Shown piece by piece: positions 10,400-22,361 of a DNA stretch of 64,000 nt. This stretch comes from Cyanidioschyzon merolae. Its lineage: Eukaryota. Numbering within the stretch: position 1 is the stretch's first letter; every line of letters begins with the position of its first letter. The position numbers were made by a program, and so were the translations under genes. The notes below the pieces were generated by a model. That model was not told the origin of the DNA. It saw nothing but the letters and a program-made list of their open reading frames with translations, and made no database searches. The DNA is taken from assembly GCA_000091205.1 (NCBI GenBank), contig AP006499.2; one strand, written 5' to 3'.

Positions 10400-11800
10400 G
10401 TGCAGCAGTGAGGGTCTATCGATATATGTAGGTGGATTTGGGATTTTTGGGTCATCTTTTGGGGTGGTTCGCTTGACGCTTTGCGGTTGGAATGAAGTTA
10501 GGTTACCGTAAACGAGCTGATTCGCAGTGCCATGGAACAGGGTTCGAAAACGATCTGGTATTATGATGCAGTACACAAGGTGCACAGCGCCACGCTTCGC
10601 GTTGTTTTCCCGTGAATCATGCATTACACGAGCATTCTTCGAGATTTTTACGGCTGTGTTTCATGGAAACCCGTAGGCACAGTGATTCGGGCCGATGGAT
10701 TTACAAGAAAAACGTTCGGCCTCGTTTCTTGACGACTTGTTCACAAGCTCTTGTCGAATGTTCACTGAAATACGAAGGTAAAATAATCGACTCCGTTCGA
10801 GAGAAAAATCCAAGGCTCTATGTGGCCATGGATGAAGCGGCGTTCGATAGCAGCATGATGCCTCTTAGGGGCTATGCTGCCGGAGGCCCTGGTGTCTTCA
10901 GTTTTCATGGAACGGGGTCTTGGACCTCGACTTGAGTCATCGAAGCGATCGTTACCAGGGGAGCGCGCGTCACCGCTTCGCAAAAAAGGAGCATGAACGG
11001 ATCGAAATTACTCGATTTTTCCTCCAAACTGGATTTCTGTTTTCGCACTTGTTCCATCGCAGAAAACATTGCGCTCCATAAACCCTCAGTAGAATGGAAC
11101 AACGTGCGCCGGATTGTGCGATCGATAGAGAACTTGTCGGGGAATCGTCCAGAAAAAGCCCGTGATCGCTGGTACAGCGTCGAGGGCGTTATCGAAGGAG
11201 GGTATCGACCATCATCCGCTGTGCTCGTCAAGGGCATGTACCGAGTGATAAAGCGTGCCTTTATGCGCCATAGGCCGGTGCCCAGAGAAGTACATACGGT
11301 GGACATGTCGGAACGCATTCAAGTTTCGCGGCTGCGACAGATTCTATACAAAGAAGATAAAAACGAGAATCGAATCGTAGATTGCAACTTTTGCATCTGC
11401 ATGAAATGCGTAAACAACATACGGAAGCCGATTAGGTATGCCGGTAGCACTCGTATGAATATCCTTCGACTGCTGACAAAAGAGCAGGAGCAACGAGAGA
11501 ATCCGGCGGATTGAAAGCCCGGCATAAGAGAGAGGGGATGAAAACAGTCGTAGAAAAAGCCGGCAAACGCTGGTTCGATGACAATGTGAAGAGACCAATA
11601 CCCTTGCGCGTACACCCGAGTTAGCAAAGTGGACCGGTTCCATTCCATTCTGGAATGGGTGTATCTCAGTGCTCGCGTGTTGATGGCACTGGGAAGCGAC
11701 CCAACGTTCAATGTGTACGTCCGAGCTGGAACACCTCTTCCACGCTAGTCTGGCAAGAGAGTATCTCAGATTTCGCGTATTGCCAGAGTCGGAGCGGGCG
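10400..11800 (+). mobile_element. TnpB-like RuvC nuclease relic, family B copy B1
   Basis: ORF 10993..11514 reads ...RIVRSIENLSGN (RuvC-II-like E), W(x11)YR, C-NFC-ICMKC zinc cluster, then STRMNILRLLTKE in place of D-NAA-NILR. Upstream ORF has YVAMDEAAFDS (RuvC-I-like). The 3' tail 11514-11780 is about 75% identical to the B2 tail. AT-richer than flanks. 5' boundary approximate. Confidence 0.5.
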
Positions 11801-12470
11801 TCCCGCGCACTACCGACGGCCCAGGGAATGCGCCTGATCACCGCATCGCAGCTACAGCTGGAGCCTGCAGCCTGATGCACAGAAGCGTGGCGCATCTGGA
11901 TCGCTACCCTGCGGCTACCGCTGCCATCGTTCTGCACCTGTGGTCCTATTGTCCATGCAGGGTACACCATTTACCACGCGACGACGGCTACTGGATACCG
12001 CGCCTACGGATGTGGCTGGCCCCCAGCCGACCACGCGTTGCATGTTGGCAGCCCGCTGTGGCATCGAAACCGCGGGTTCCGCGGCAAACGGCCGTGCCAA
12101 TGTCGCGCCCTGATCGGGCCTCGCACAGCCTGCACCAGTGTGCACGCTCCAGCACGGCGCCAGCACGGCACTTGACGTGTTCACCGGTAACCCGCCATTC
12201 AATGTTAAATGCAAATTTAGCTTATCTCGTCGTTCCATTTAGTATTTCAGCAGCACAAAACATACGAAACGCCCAGCGTCAACGCAAACGATCCCACGAC
12301 GCGATCCATGGAATGTTGTGTGCAGTGATGTGTACGCGTGAACACATGTCACGACCTAGCCAGCATCCGTCAACTGCGTACCAGGATTGAAGCTCGTCCG
12401 CGATTCGACGGACGTATTGGCATCCATAGAAACCCCGTGCGCGTTGCCGCTACTCACAGTGTCGCGAGGA

Positions 12471-15400
12471 TCACAATACAGTCGTCAACGTCGACGATGG
12501 CGCCACGGACACTGCGACGCCAGCCTCGCGCACACGCATCGTTCCGGGTGACGTAACCGCACGTGCGGTGCTTGCGTCCTTTCCGGTACTTGGGTCCAGG
12601 CGCAGCGCACGATACCGACCCTGACAACGAATGAGAAGACGCCTCCCATTCGAGGATGCATCCATCCAGGCCGCGCACGCACGCATCACCACGAGCTCGT
12701 GATCGCCCGCATCGACGAGTGCGTGCACCTCCGCGGCGAGCACCGCCGCCGCATCGCCGATTGCCGCACGAACGCTCTGCGTTACCGCTGGAGGCACCGC
12801 AGTCGCGGCGGACGCGGTACCCGTACGGAGCTCCGTGTCGAAGCGCACCTCGGCGACATATGTGCCGTCGTCGAAGCGTGACGTCAAGGCAGGTATGCCG
12901 CCGCCCTGTCGTGCATTCAGAATCTGGATACCAATGGTGACAGGCGCAGCAGGCGGCGTGCTTGTCGAGTAGGCCTCGCGGAGGCACCGCGCGAACGCTG
13001 CATCGCGTTGTATGTTGCACGACAGGAATGCAGCCGTGCGAGACGATGCGCTGCAGCGGAGCGATGTGACGCAGAGCCACTGCACGCTGCAGTCGGGGCG
13101 CTGCAGCGTCAGCACCGCAACCGCTTTGGGTAGGGCGCTTGCAAAGCGCCTGAGCTCCTCGGCTCGTTCAGCGGGTTCGCTTGCAGGTGCTCGGGGTACA
13201 CAACGCAGCTCGATCGTTCCGAGCTGATTCTGGAAATAGAGCAGCAGCCGCATCGGGTCTGGTGTGCCGAACGTCAGCTGCTGAACCTCGGCTACCACGA
13301 GATATTCGCCGAATTCTGGTGTCAGTGGATGCGTACGACGGACGTTGACCTGTAGCGCTGGTGCGCTAGGCAGCGCATCGCGTTCCAAGTTCAGGTCCGT
13401 GAGGTGCACCAACGAGCCGCAGGCCTGGGAAGCGCCGCGCATTCGGGCGAGCGCGAAGATTCGCTCGACCAGTGGCTGATGCGCATTCGTTAGAAGGTAC
13501 AGGGACAGCGCATCGGGTAAACCAATGTGACCGTGAGCGCTCAGCGCGACGTCTTCATGGATAGGCTTCTCGTCGCCACTGCAGGTATCTGCGGGTTGCG
13601 TGCACGACCTCACGTCATCGACAACCATGTGAAAAGAAACGCACGGCGGTGAAAGCGAACAGACTGCAACCGTGTCGACGAGTGCAATTCCGAGCGTATT
13701 CGTTGATGGCAGCGCTGCGACGACAAGAAATAGGACACGCGGTAGGAGCGCTGCTGCCGCTGAGCAGGCCATGAAACCGGTCTTCAACTCGGGTAGGATG
13801 CGCGGGCTTGCCGCACGCGGTGTGCTCTCTATGCGCGGCCCCTTTTCGAATTCAGACCGCATCAGAACGGCAACCGAGGGTAATGGCTGAAACGGAGGCA
13901 CATAAAAGACGCTTCGCTCGCTTTTCGCCGCGTTCTTGGAGTATATCTGCCTCGTGACCAGACAGTATGCAAGAACTTGTGGGTGCCCTTGCAACCATTC
14001 AGCCGCGTCCGATGCCTTCTGAAACGTCATTGCTGCGGTGGCCAGAGCGTCCGCTGTGGCTGCATCCTTTGCAAGCACCGTCGCCGACGCTATCGAATCC
14101 TTGGTGGCCCGCTGGACGCGTCTCGTGAGCGGGCACAATATATGATAGAAGCCGAAACGCTCCATCTGGTAGTAATCTCCAGACGTAGCGAGTCCGAAGC
14201 CTTCATCACTGTCTTCGAATGCCAGCGAAAAGGCTGCATCCTTGAGGCACGGTATCCACGTCCGCGCTCCGTGTTTCCATCCGGAAAACAGTTGCTCTAG
14301 CGGTGGCGGGCGAATCACCAGCGTTCGCCACGGGCGACCACTGGGATGTCGTCCCCAGGCCCTAATTTCGCTACCCCAGTCCAGAAATGCTCCAACAAGT
14401 TGATAAGCGCCCTCCGGCGAATCAGCGGATACTGCTGCGCTCTCCGCACCAGAGACACTCGATTCAAGGCCGCCAGCCGCCGGCGATATCCTATTCTCTA
14501 GCGATTTTCCATTATTATCTGTTGCTGGTGCTGCTGCAGGAGCAACAAGTTCGCTAGATTGTAGCTTTGATTGATCGTCCAGCCGCAGACGCTCTGCTCC
14601 AAAGCGCTCTCGCAAAGTCCTGTCAATCTGATCAATGATCCAGCCTTTCAGCATCCCATCCAGATCGATACACACACCGCTGCGCGTCAGCACAAGCGCA
14701 CCGGGGTGTCCCGGGCGCGGTGCTTGCAACCGCACGAGCTCAGACCATCCGACCTTTTCCCAATCAAGTTGAAAACGCTCTTCCTTGGGGGGGGCGCTGC
14801 AGAGCACTGCTGCGCAGCGTCGCCCTGAAACCACGCCACAGCGCACCGCATGTCGGATCGAAACGCCCACCAGTGACCCGATGCAAACGATGCGCCTCTG
14901 CCAACAATGCGTACAAAATTGTACCAACTTCGACAGCCTTTTTCGGATGCGCGCTGCTGCACGCTGCGCTCAGCTCCGAGTCGGGATTCCACCGATTCGC
15001 GATGCGTTCGCAAGCGTGCATGTGGGCGCGCAAGCACGCGTGCACTGCGCGTAAGAGCGACTCGGGAACGCAAGCGTCCATCACGCATTCGGGTGCAGCG
15101 GACGATGCACCCAAAGCCGCCCAGTGCATCTGAAGTTGCAATGCGATTCCGAACGCCTTGCCTGAAAACACGACAAGCACGCGATCTTGGTAAGCTTGCT
15201 GGACAACGGAATCGAGCGATAGATCGAGCGGCGACGGGGGCGCGCCGATGCCGCCCGCCGCCGCTCCCTCGTTCGTGGCATCTGATGTAGCATCGAACCG
15301 ACACCAGGCGTCATCGTGGGCGTTAAGCACCTCCTGGTGCACCGCTGCGCCATCTTCCGCAACGAGGTCCGCTGAGGAATCCTCCATACTATACGCTGCC

Positions 15401-15528
15401 TTGGGCTGACGCTCATCGTGCAAGTCATCAATGCCAGACGCGGTGGACAACGAATCATAGGCGCCGGCAGAGCGCTCTTCGTTAACTTCGAGATATCCGC
15501 CTTCCGGTACTGAGAAGAGACAACCCAT
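12471..15528 (-). CDS. ApbE-family FAD:protein FMN transferase fused to about 480-aa C-terminal domain of unknown function; reading frame broken at a G8 homopolymer (14787-14794)
   Basis: ORF 14764..15543(-) carries the ApbE N-terminus (LVVFSGKAFGIAL; SELSAAC...GGRFDPTCGALWRGF). ORF 12471..14927(-) in another frame continues with IDLDGMLKGW, TSGDYYQMERFGFYHILCP, SATVLAKDAATADALATAAM. The frame switch falls at ccttgggggggg. N-terminus from ATG 15526-15528 reads MGCLFS (Gly2/Cys3 acylation-type motif). Confidence 0.7.
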
Positions 15529-16378
15529 GACCGCCAAGCTCAAGCCCTAAAACGAAACTCTTGTTCAAGAGTCTCTCGCAAAGCGAGCACTAATCACGCT
15601 GCAAACCACCAACACACATGCACGATCTATGTCTTTGTCAACTGAACGAAGCTCCATGCCAGGGCGAGCCACGTGTACGAGGACTGCGAGCGCGACGCCG
15701 CACGTCCGTCCGCCGCTCGAACACGACATGCGGCACGCGTGCGAAACGACGCCTGGCACCGGCTGCAAACACGCGATCGCCACGCGCGGCACACGCTGGG
15801 AATCGCTTCCGAGAGCAGTGCATGGTGATTATGGGCGTTTGTTACCATGAAGTTCAGAAAGGTGGAGATTCGTGATTCTAGCTCTGCGATTCGTCGAACA
15901 GTGCCCAGTGCGCAGCGCGCACGATGGGGCAACGCCGGCTGTCATCAGCGCCTCGAAGCAATTGAACAGCAGCTCGAAGGCACGACGAGTAGAAACTGAC
16001 CATTTACTAGGAACGAAGGGAGAGTGCTTCGTTATCCATGCGCGGCAAGGGATGAGAGGTGGTAGATTTTTGCGTGAATAGGAAACTTTACTTGGTGGGC
16101 GTAAGCTCCCGCGATCCGGGCTCGTACGCGGTGCGTACCCGCAGTGGCGAGTGCGTTGGCGACGCCCGAGCAGTTCGTCCGCAACCCAGTGTTTTCTGGG
16201 ACGAGGAGAAAGGTGCCTGGCGTCTGGGCATCGCCCTGACCTCTATCGTCCTGTAGCGTGTCGTTTCGTGCTATCTCGAGCACTAGGTCTATTTGAGCGG
16301 CCTGCGGGATCCCGGGATAACGAAGCAATTCGAACACGAGTCTCATGAACCACACCTCGAGCTGGCGCCTTCCGTAGT

Positions 16379-16840
16379 ATGGCGAAACCGCTCCGTATTC
16401 TTGCTGTGTCCGTAGCGGTGCCACAGGTGCTACTGGGAGCGCTCAAGCCAAGCTCGGCGCACGATAAAACGTACGAAAAGAAGTATCTCCGAGAGGAAGT
16501 ATGCGAAATCGAACTGGGAGGTCTGGGGCCGTATAATGGTCGCTTTCCAGAATACGAATATCCATCGCGCAATCGAGGATCTCTGGTCGGTGGAAACGTT
16601 ACGCTTATCGAGAACATCAACGGCCGCACGTCGCTCAGGCGAGCAGTGTTTCCCAGTGTGCTGCTCATCCTGCGCTGGCAGCGTCACCGGTGCACGCAAC
16701 GCGCACGTGCAGTTGCTGGACGCCAAGAACGCCCAGAGCGTGCCCTGAAGCGGACAAGGTATCTAACAGGCCTCACACTGTCCAGAACAGTTGTAAAAAG
16801 CCGTTGGCCATGCCCACGCGTACCAATCCCCTGCTCCTGA
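16379..16840 (+). CDS. hypothetical small protein with N-terminal hydrophobic segment
   Basis: 153-aa ORF, MAKPLRILAVSVAVPQVLLGAL... No recognisable homology. Sits in an otherwise gene-free gap. Confidence 0.15.
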   Translation: MAKPLRILAVSVAVPQVLLGALKPSSAHDKTYEKKYLREEVCEIELGGLGPYNGRFPEYEYPSRNRGSLVGGNVTLIENINGRTSLRRAVFPSVLLILRWQRHRCTQRARAVAGRQERPERALKRTRYLTGLTLSRTVVKSRWPCPRVPIPCS

Positions 16841-17266
16841 TACGAGCAGACGCGGACCGAGCGACACACAGTCGGCACAGCGCGCTGCGCTGTAGCCTGG
16901 TCCGAAACTTGAACCCTGGTGTCGGTCGGCGGCCAAACTGGCTAAGCTGCAGCGTTCGAGTCGGGTACCACGGCAACGATCTGCAACGAGCTCGACGGAC
17001 CGCAGAGGCTCCTGCATCATCTCTAGAGCCGGCGCGAGCGGGCAGGCAAGCGAGCTCGTGCGTGCACTCGACAGACGGTGCTCGCTGAAACGGCGTGACA
17101 CCTCGAAGGCACCTAGCGCACGCGCCGTACGAACTCGTTCACCATCGTGCGGCAGTGACGTCATGCATTGGATGTAGACCAGATCGCAGACCTCGACATA
17201 CGCTGCGCTCAATGTGATCCTTCAATCTCTCAAGCTCGAGCATGCGCGTGCGAACAAGCACCAGAC

Positions 17267-19921
17267 TCACAGAATCATGTACTGTGAATAGACCAGATCG
17301 CGAACGTCAAAGTACTCTGCGCTGAGTGATCCTTCAATCACCAAATCGTGCTGACGCTTCCGAACGAGCACAATACTCGGAGGCCGATCGTTCTCGACGC
17401 AAAGCGCCCCACCGGCAAACTCCGCCGGCATCAACGATTTGGTCATGATTTCCTTCAAATCGGAAAGTCGCAAATCTCCGACGAAAACATTAAGGTGTCC
17501 GACCTGCGTCCTTTCTGTTACGAGCGCGAACGTCGTCGTGTTAGCCGTGCGATCGCCATCGACTAGCGCTGTCGCTGCAGAGGCTGCGTCTGTTGTCTTC
17601 GCTGCCAACCAGGCTGCATCGACTCCGGACTCCGTGCCTTCGGGGAGCTGCTGCTCCTGCTCCGTCTGTCGCTCGACGGATACCAGGCGTAGCTGGCCGT
17701 CGGGATCGGTCTGGATATAGCCATCAAACCAGGCCAGTTCGTAATCCTGCATCCGCCGCCAGAAGCAACGTCGCAGCAGTGAATCATCGAGTTTGATCCG
17801 GTATACCGACGTGTCCGACGAGACATCGACCATCTCGCGCGCACGTGGCGCGTATAAACGCGTAAAGTTCTTCTTGCCCAGGTACTCGGTGAGCGCAGCC
17901 GTTTCGCGCTCGCTTCCGTGAATGATAATCACTCGCTGAGGTGCCATACTGACGATAAGTTGACGCAAGGAACGGCCATCAGCAAGCCCGGCCATATCAA
18001 AGTTGCGAACCGCGCACCGAATCGTTAGGTCATTGACGACATAGCGAACGAGTTTCGTGGGCAACGTTTCCAGCGCTCGACTCGTTGTCGAATCCGCAAC
18101 AGCCGCATCGTTGTCGTGGGCGGAGCTCCGGAAACGATCGCGACGGTGATAACTCCCCGGAGCATCAGCCGATGTTCTCTCTGGTCGCACAGACGGGGAC
18201 ACAGATGGCGACGGAGCTGTCGCCATGCGCTCGTCGTGGAACCCGTCGATGTTGTCAGTTTTGTGCGGCTCGAGGTCCATCGGCTCACCTTGGTCAGGCG
18301 CATGACGACTGAATGCGTTGTCCGCGCTCTTCGCGAGGCCCTCAAACGCGTCACCGTCGATGGTGCGGTCACCGGGGTCCTCTCCGATCATGTACCTAGC
18401 AGGATCGATGACCTCCCCGTACGCATCGTGGGGCGGTGGCTCGGGCTCCACATGCGGTAGCAGCAGACCAGCCTGAACGAGAGCTTGGTACCGCTGATTC
18501 ACATCATCCTCTTCCTCATCTTCGGCGACTCCGGGAAAATCCGGACCAAGCGCCTCATGGAGCTGGGCTGCATCACCAGCAACAAGCGCCTCGCCGAGCG
18601 GGCCCGAGCTAACGACCCGACCGCCACGCAACTTCTCGGCGACGGCCGTCGGAGCTACCATCGGCATCTCAGCGCTTTCCAGAGCAACTTCTGCTCCGAC
18701 AAAACGGGCTTTCTCTTGCTCCCGTTGCCATCGCTCAAGCTCCTCGCCCTGGAGTGGAACCCGCTCAGCATACGTGAGCGGTTCACGCACACGCAGTTTC
18801 TCCTTCTCCACTGCCAAGCGAAAGGCAAACGTGCCCGACTCGAGGCGATCGCTCATCAGCACCATAGCGCGTGGATCCGCTGCAATCCGTTGTAAGAATA
18901 GAACACGCGAGAATCCATAGTCAAGCGACGGCAACGGTGCCATGACGACTTTGGGACTCGGCAAGGCATCGGCCTGATCCAGCCCGTGAACAACCTGCAC
19001 GTGTCGCAAGCGGAAAGGATTCTCGCGCCTGCTATCAAAGGCACTCACCACCGCGTCGCTCATCCATTCAATCAGTGATTTGGCAAATTCAATGGTGTGG
19101 ATACCAACGTGTTGTGCAAACACCACCGGATAGAGCGCAGCAACATCCGGGTGTGCAGTCCAGAATTCATCAGCGGCTACCAAGAGCTCCAGACAACGAC
19201 CAGCAGAGTCCACAGGCATGAGCACGTCCCCGCCTCCGCGTAGCGTTTCGACAACTGCCTCCCACAGGTCTGTTTCTTTCTTCTGGGATGGAGCAGTGAG
19301 TACGCCGCTTGCGCCCACAATGAGGTGGCTCGGTTTGGTGATCAACTGCGGCGTGGAGGCGCAGCCGTTCAGCAGGCGCTCCCTCCGATGGTTGACATCC
19401 ACACAGTAAACGATCTCTTCGGACTCTTTCTGGAATTTCCATATCGCACCACCGAGTAGGTGTCCCGCGGGATACGCCGTAGCGAAAACGTTCTGAGCGA
19501 GCTCAATGACTTGCTGGTACTTAACAGGGCGCATCCGTTCGAAGGCTTCATCGACGTCATCGAGGGTGAAGGTTTCAAAGTCTTCACCGTAGTACCGGTG
19601 CTGGTGTGCGTCGTAAAGAAACATCTGCCCTAGGATCTGCACTGGTGTTGTTGCATAGATGGGTACGCTCGCTGGGAGGCCGAGCTTCCCCACGAGGTAC
19701 GGCAGCGCACCCAAGTGAGCCAAGTCGGGATGCGTCAGGAAAACCGCATCAATACCACGAGTAATGACCGGCCGAAGTGGTTCCAGAAGAGCAACATCAA
19801 AGCGATCGTTCCACCCGCAGTCCAGGAGAAAAACCCCGTCGTCGATCTCGAGCACTGTGCAGAGCGGCGGTGCGGACGTGTGCGCTCCGTACAAAGGCGT
19901 TACGCGTATCGATGAAGCCAT
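17267..19921 (-). CDS. CPSF2: cleavage and polyadenylation specificity factor 100-kDa subunit (CPSF2/CPSF100)
   Basis: 884 aa. LTHPDLAHLGALPYLVGKLGL (histidine-less MBL motif typical of CPSF100), AGHLLGGAIWKF, beta-CASP region. C-terminus CVENDRPPSIVLVRKR...YFDVRDLVYSQYMIL matches the CPSF100 tail. ATG 19919-19921. Confidence 0.9.
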   Translation of the reverse strand: MASSIRVTPLYGAHTSAPPLCTVLEIDDGVFLLDCGWNDRFDVALLEPLRPVITRGIDAVFLTHPDLAHLGALPYLVGKLGLPASVPIYATTPVQILGQMFLYDAHQHRYYGEDFETFTLDDVDEAFERMRPVKYQQVIELAQNVFATAYPAGHLLGGAIWKFQKESEEIVYCVDVNHRRERLLNGCASTPQLITKPSHLIVGASGVLTAPSQKKETDLWEAVVETLRGGGDVLMPVDSAGRCLELLVAADEFWTAHPDVAALYPVVFAQHVGIHTIEFAKSLIEWMSDAVVSAFDSRRENPFRLRHVQVVHGLDQADALPSPKVVMAPLPSLDYGFSRVLFLQRIAADPRAMVLMSDRLESGTFAFRLAVEKEKLRVREPLTYAERVPLQGEELERWQREQEKARFVGAEVALESAEMPMVAPTAVAEKLRGGRVVSSGPLGEALVAGDAAQLHEALGPDFPGVAEDEEEDDVNQRYQALVQAGLLLPHVEPEPPPHDAYGEVIDPARYMIGEDPGDRTIDGDAFEGLAKSADNAFSRHAPDQGEPMDLEPHKTDNIDGFHDERMATAPSPSVSPSVRPERTSADAPGSYHRRDRFRSSAHDNDAAVADSTTSRALETLPTKLVRYVVNDLTIRCAVRNFDMAGLADGRSLRQLIVSMAPQRVIIIHGSERETAALTEYLGKKNFTRLYAPRAREMVDVSSDTSVYRIKLDDSLLRRCFWRRMQDYELAWFDGYIQTDPDGQLRLVSVERQTEQEQQLPEGTESGVDAAWLAAKTTDAASAATALVDGDRTANTTTFALVTERTQVGHLNVFVGDLRLSDLKEIMTKSLMPAEFAGGALCVENDRPPSIVLVRKRQHDLVIEGSLSAEYFDVRDLVYSQYMIL

Positions 19922-21665
19922 GAGTTTTAACAGTTAGACTAGCGCATGAGAACGTTTCCGCGTTGACTCTGCAGACAAACGCCCAGGTATCACCGTCAAC
20001 AGGCACCTCCGGGGCGCTAAGACGCAGGTTCGCTCCCAGGTTCTGCTCTCTCAGAAGGGCTAGCGTAACGCCGCTTCGTTTGCTGGCTCGTGACGGCTCC
20101 AGCGCGCCGCACCTGCAGGTACACGAAACCGTTCACAGTGCTGAAGATTACGCTTTTCCAGGTGCAACGCTCTTTGAGGTTGAACAGTCTTGTGATCCGC
20201 TCGTTTAGACGAATACACGCGAGCACGCGTCGAGATGTTCGAAGTTGTCCAACAGTGGATTGTTCTCGCGATGGGCAACGGCCTTGATACGAGACGCTGC
20301 AGAGGATACGACATTGGGTGCATGGGGTTCCCGAAGGAACGCATATTCGTTGTTGATGGAACCTGAGTGGTTTAGAGCTGACTGGTGGTTCTTTAGCCGG
20401 ACACCGATAACATTCGCATTGTTGGGGAACCCTGGTCAGTGCGACCCGATCTCCGACTTCAAAATACGTACGTTGCAGATTTCCGAGGTCAATGAAGCAA
20501 TGTCTGACGCAAGTAAACGGGTCATCTACATAGTCTACAGCAGTGTGTAGCGTTGCGGCGCACGCGGCTGGCCCTACGGAGTCAACGAAGGTGTTTGGAG
20601 CGGCAAGGCCACTGCGCGCGGTTGCTTGTGGTCGACCTACTGTTCTGAGAGCGTGCACTAGACATCGAAACCAGTACGATGAACGCAAGTCCGGCGATGC
20701 CAGGTTCCCGCAAAGTATTCGTAAGTTTCGAATCGATCCGTGCGTACACGAAACAGGTGCGTAGCGGGCATGTACGCTGTCCTGGGGTTGCTGAAACTCG
20801 CTTGTGTTTTCCGAGCGTATTGTCGACCCCGGTCAGCCACCGGTCGAAGTTTATTGTTCGAGAATGGACTGTGAGGTCCTGGCAGGACTCGGACGTGTCT
20901 GGTGAAGCGCATCACGTTTCGCGAAAGCAAGTCATATCAAGGGGTCTACGCTATATACGTCCTGGCAACAAGGCTACGGAATATCTGTAAGAGACTCGTG
21001 CATGCGTTCCGCCTAGACCTTTCCGCTGCCCGATGAGGAGCCGCCTCATGCTGAATTCTTCTGTTCCTAAAACAAGACTGAGTCGTAGTGGGTTTACCAC
21101 CCGTGATTTGCCCTAGAACATGCTACGAGAGCGCACGTCTCCGCGAGAGCCAAACCATGAGCATATATGCATCTTGCAGACGCTTTCAGGTCGCAGCTGG
21201 TGATTTCAAATCATAGCTCTGGTTATGGGGCATCTCATATCAACCAGTACCTCCCGGGGCCGGGTCCTCTGATCACGCGATGCACAAACACGTCGGATCC
21301 GTTCGATAGGAACCAAGGGGAGATGCTGATGGTCAGCACAGATGCTCCTCCATTCGAGCGCACAATCGCTGTTATCTTCGCAGCCAGCACCTGCCCATAC
21401 GTAAGGCCTGCTAAGAAACATGGTGCCCGAACACGCGTCGCTTCGTTTCCTAGGCATAAACGCTTGCCGTAAACCGGATCAACATGCACCTCCAGAATCA
21501 ACGAGCCGCCAGTACCTATTCGATGCACTCGCGTCCCGAGTCGGGCCAGCAGCGCGCTCCGTGCAGGTGTTTCCGTGACAACGCCATGAGAGACTAACCG
21601 CCGAGACCGTGGCCTCAGAACGCGACTGCCATTGCCGGGGCATGTGGATGCTCGAACGTCGGTAT

Positions 21666-22361
21666 TCAAAAGGTCATGCGATGCGGATATTGGCCCTTGG
21701 TCAGCGTGAACCGGCTCGAAAGGTATTCGCGGAGCAAAGGAATTCCTTCAACAGCTTTCATCACCTGTCCGTCGATCTGCTTCTGTAGGTTCTTCTTTTC
21801 CTCCGGGAGGCACTGTTTTACAGTCGATTCGCCACCGGAACCGTCCGCGCCGCGCAAGCGGGCTTTCTTTCGCTCCTCGCGAGCCTTGCGAGCACCCTTT
21901 GTGAACCACGTATCGTCAACGGAGCTCGTATCGATACCACTTATATCCACCCGCGTTTTCGTCGCAATCACATAAACCTGATTAACTCGTCGAAGCGGTA
22001 CGCCGTTCAGTGCAAACGGTCCCGTAACCAGCAGGAGGCCAGAGTGCTCCAACTGCCGCAGAAACACCACCCGTTTCCCTCGAAACCGCCCAGCCAACAT
22101 GATAAGAACCGTTCCAGGCTGTATCGAGTTGCGCAACCGCGTGCGCTGCTTCTGGGAACGCTTCTTTGCGCTGGTATGCAGCCGACGCACCCGCGCATCA
22201 ACTGGATAAAAGCTTGGTTTCCGCTTCGGTGCGCGCTCAGAAGGCTTCAGCTCGATGACATTCCCTGTGCCGGAAATGATGGCCGCCTGTTCTTTGATCG
22301 CAGCCTGCAGTGCTGCATCACGTTCGGCACGTTCGGAGGAACCTTTTGTGAAGACGCTCAT
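21666..22361 (-). CDS. RPL6: 60S ribosomal protein L6e
   Basis: PSFYPVDA...PGTVLIMLAGRFRGKRVVFLRQLEHSGLLLVTGPFALNGVPLRRVNQVYVIATKTRVDISG. Start at internal ATG 22359-22361; track start 22403 is TTG. Confidence 0.9.
   Translation of the reverse strand: MSVFTKGSSERAERDAALQAAIKEQAAIISGTGNVIELKPSERAPKRKPSFYPVDARVRRLHTSAKKRSQKQRTRLRNSIQPGTVLIMLAGRFRGKRVVFLRQLEHSGLLLVTGPFALNGVPLRRVNQVYVIATKTRVDISGIDTSSVDDTWFTKGARKAREERKKARLRGADGSGGESTVKQCLPEEKKNLQKQIDGQVMKAVEGIPLLREYLSSRFTLTKGQYPHRMTF

Noticed and set aside
12471-13900. Flavinylation target motif (D-x-x-[ST]-G-A-[ST]) in the C-terminal extension of the ApbE fusion
   Set aside because: Scanned the translated extension. Nearest string is RTGTASAAT, which does not fit the motif. 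Left as unknown domain.
16890-16940. tRNA-like T-arm fragment (ccagggttcaagtttcgg on minus strand)
   Set aside because: Cannot be folded into a full cloverleaf. Acceptor and anticodon arms are absent. No other tRNA or rRNA signatures found by eye.
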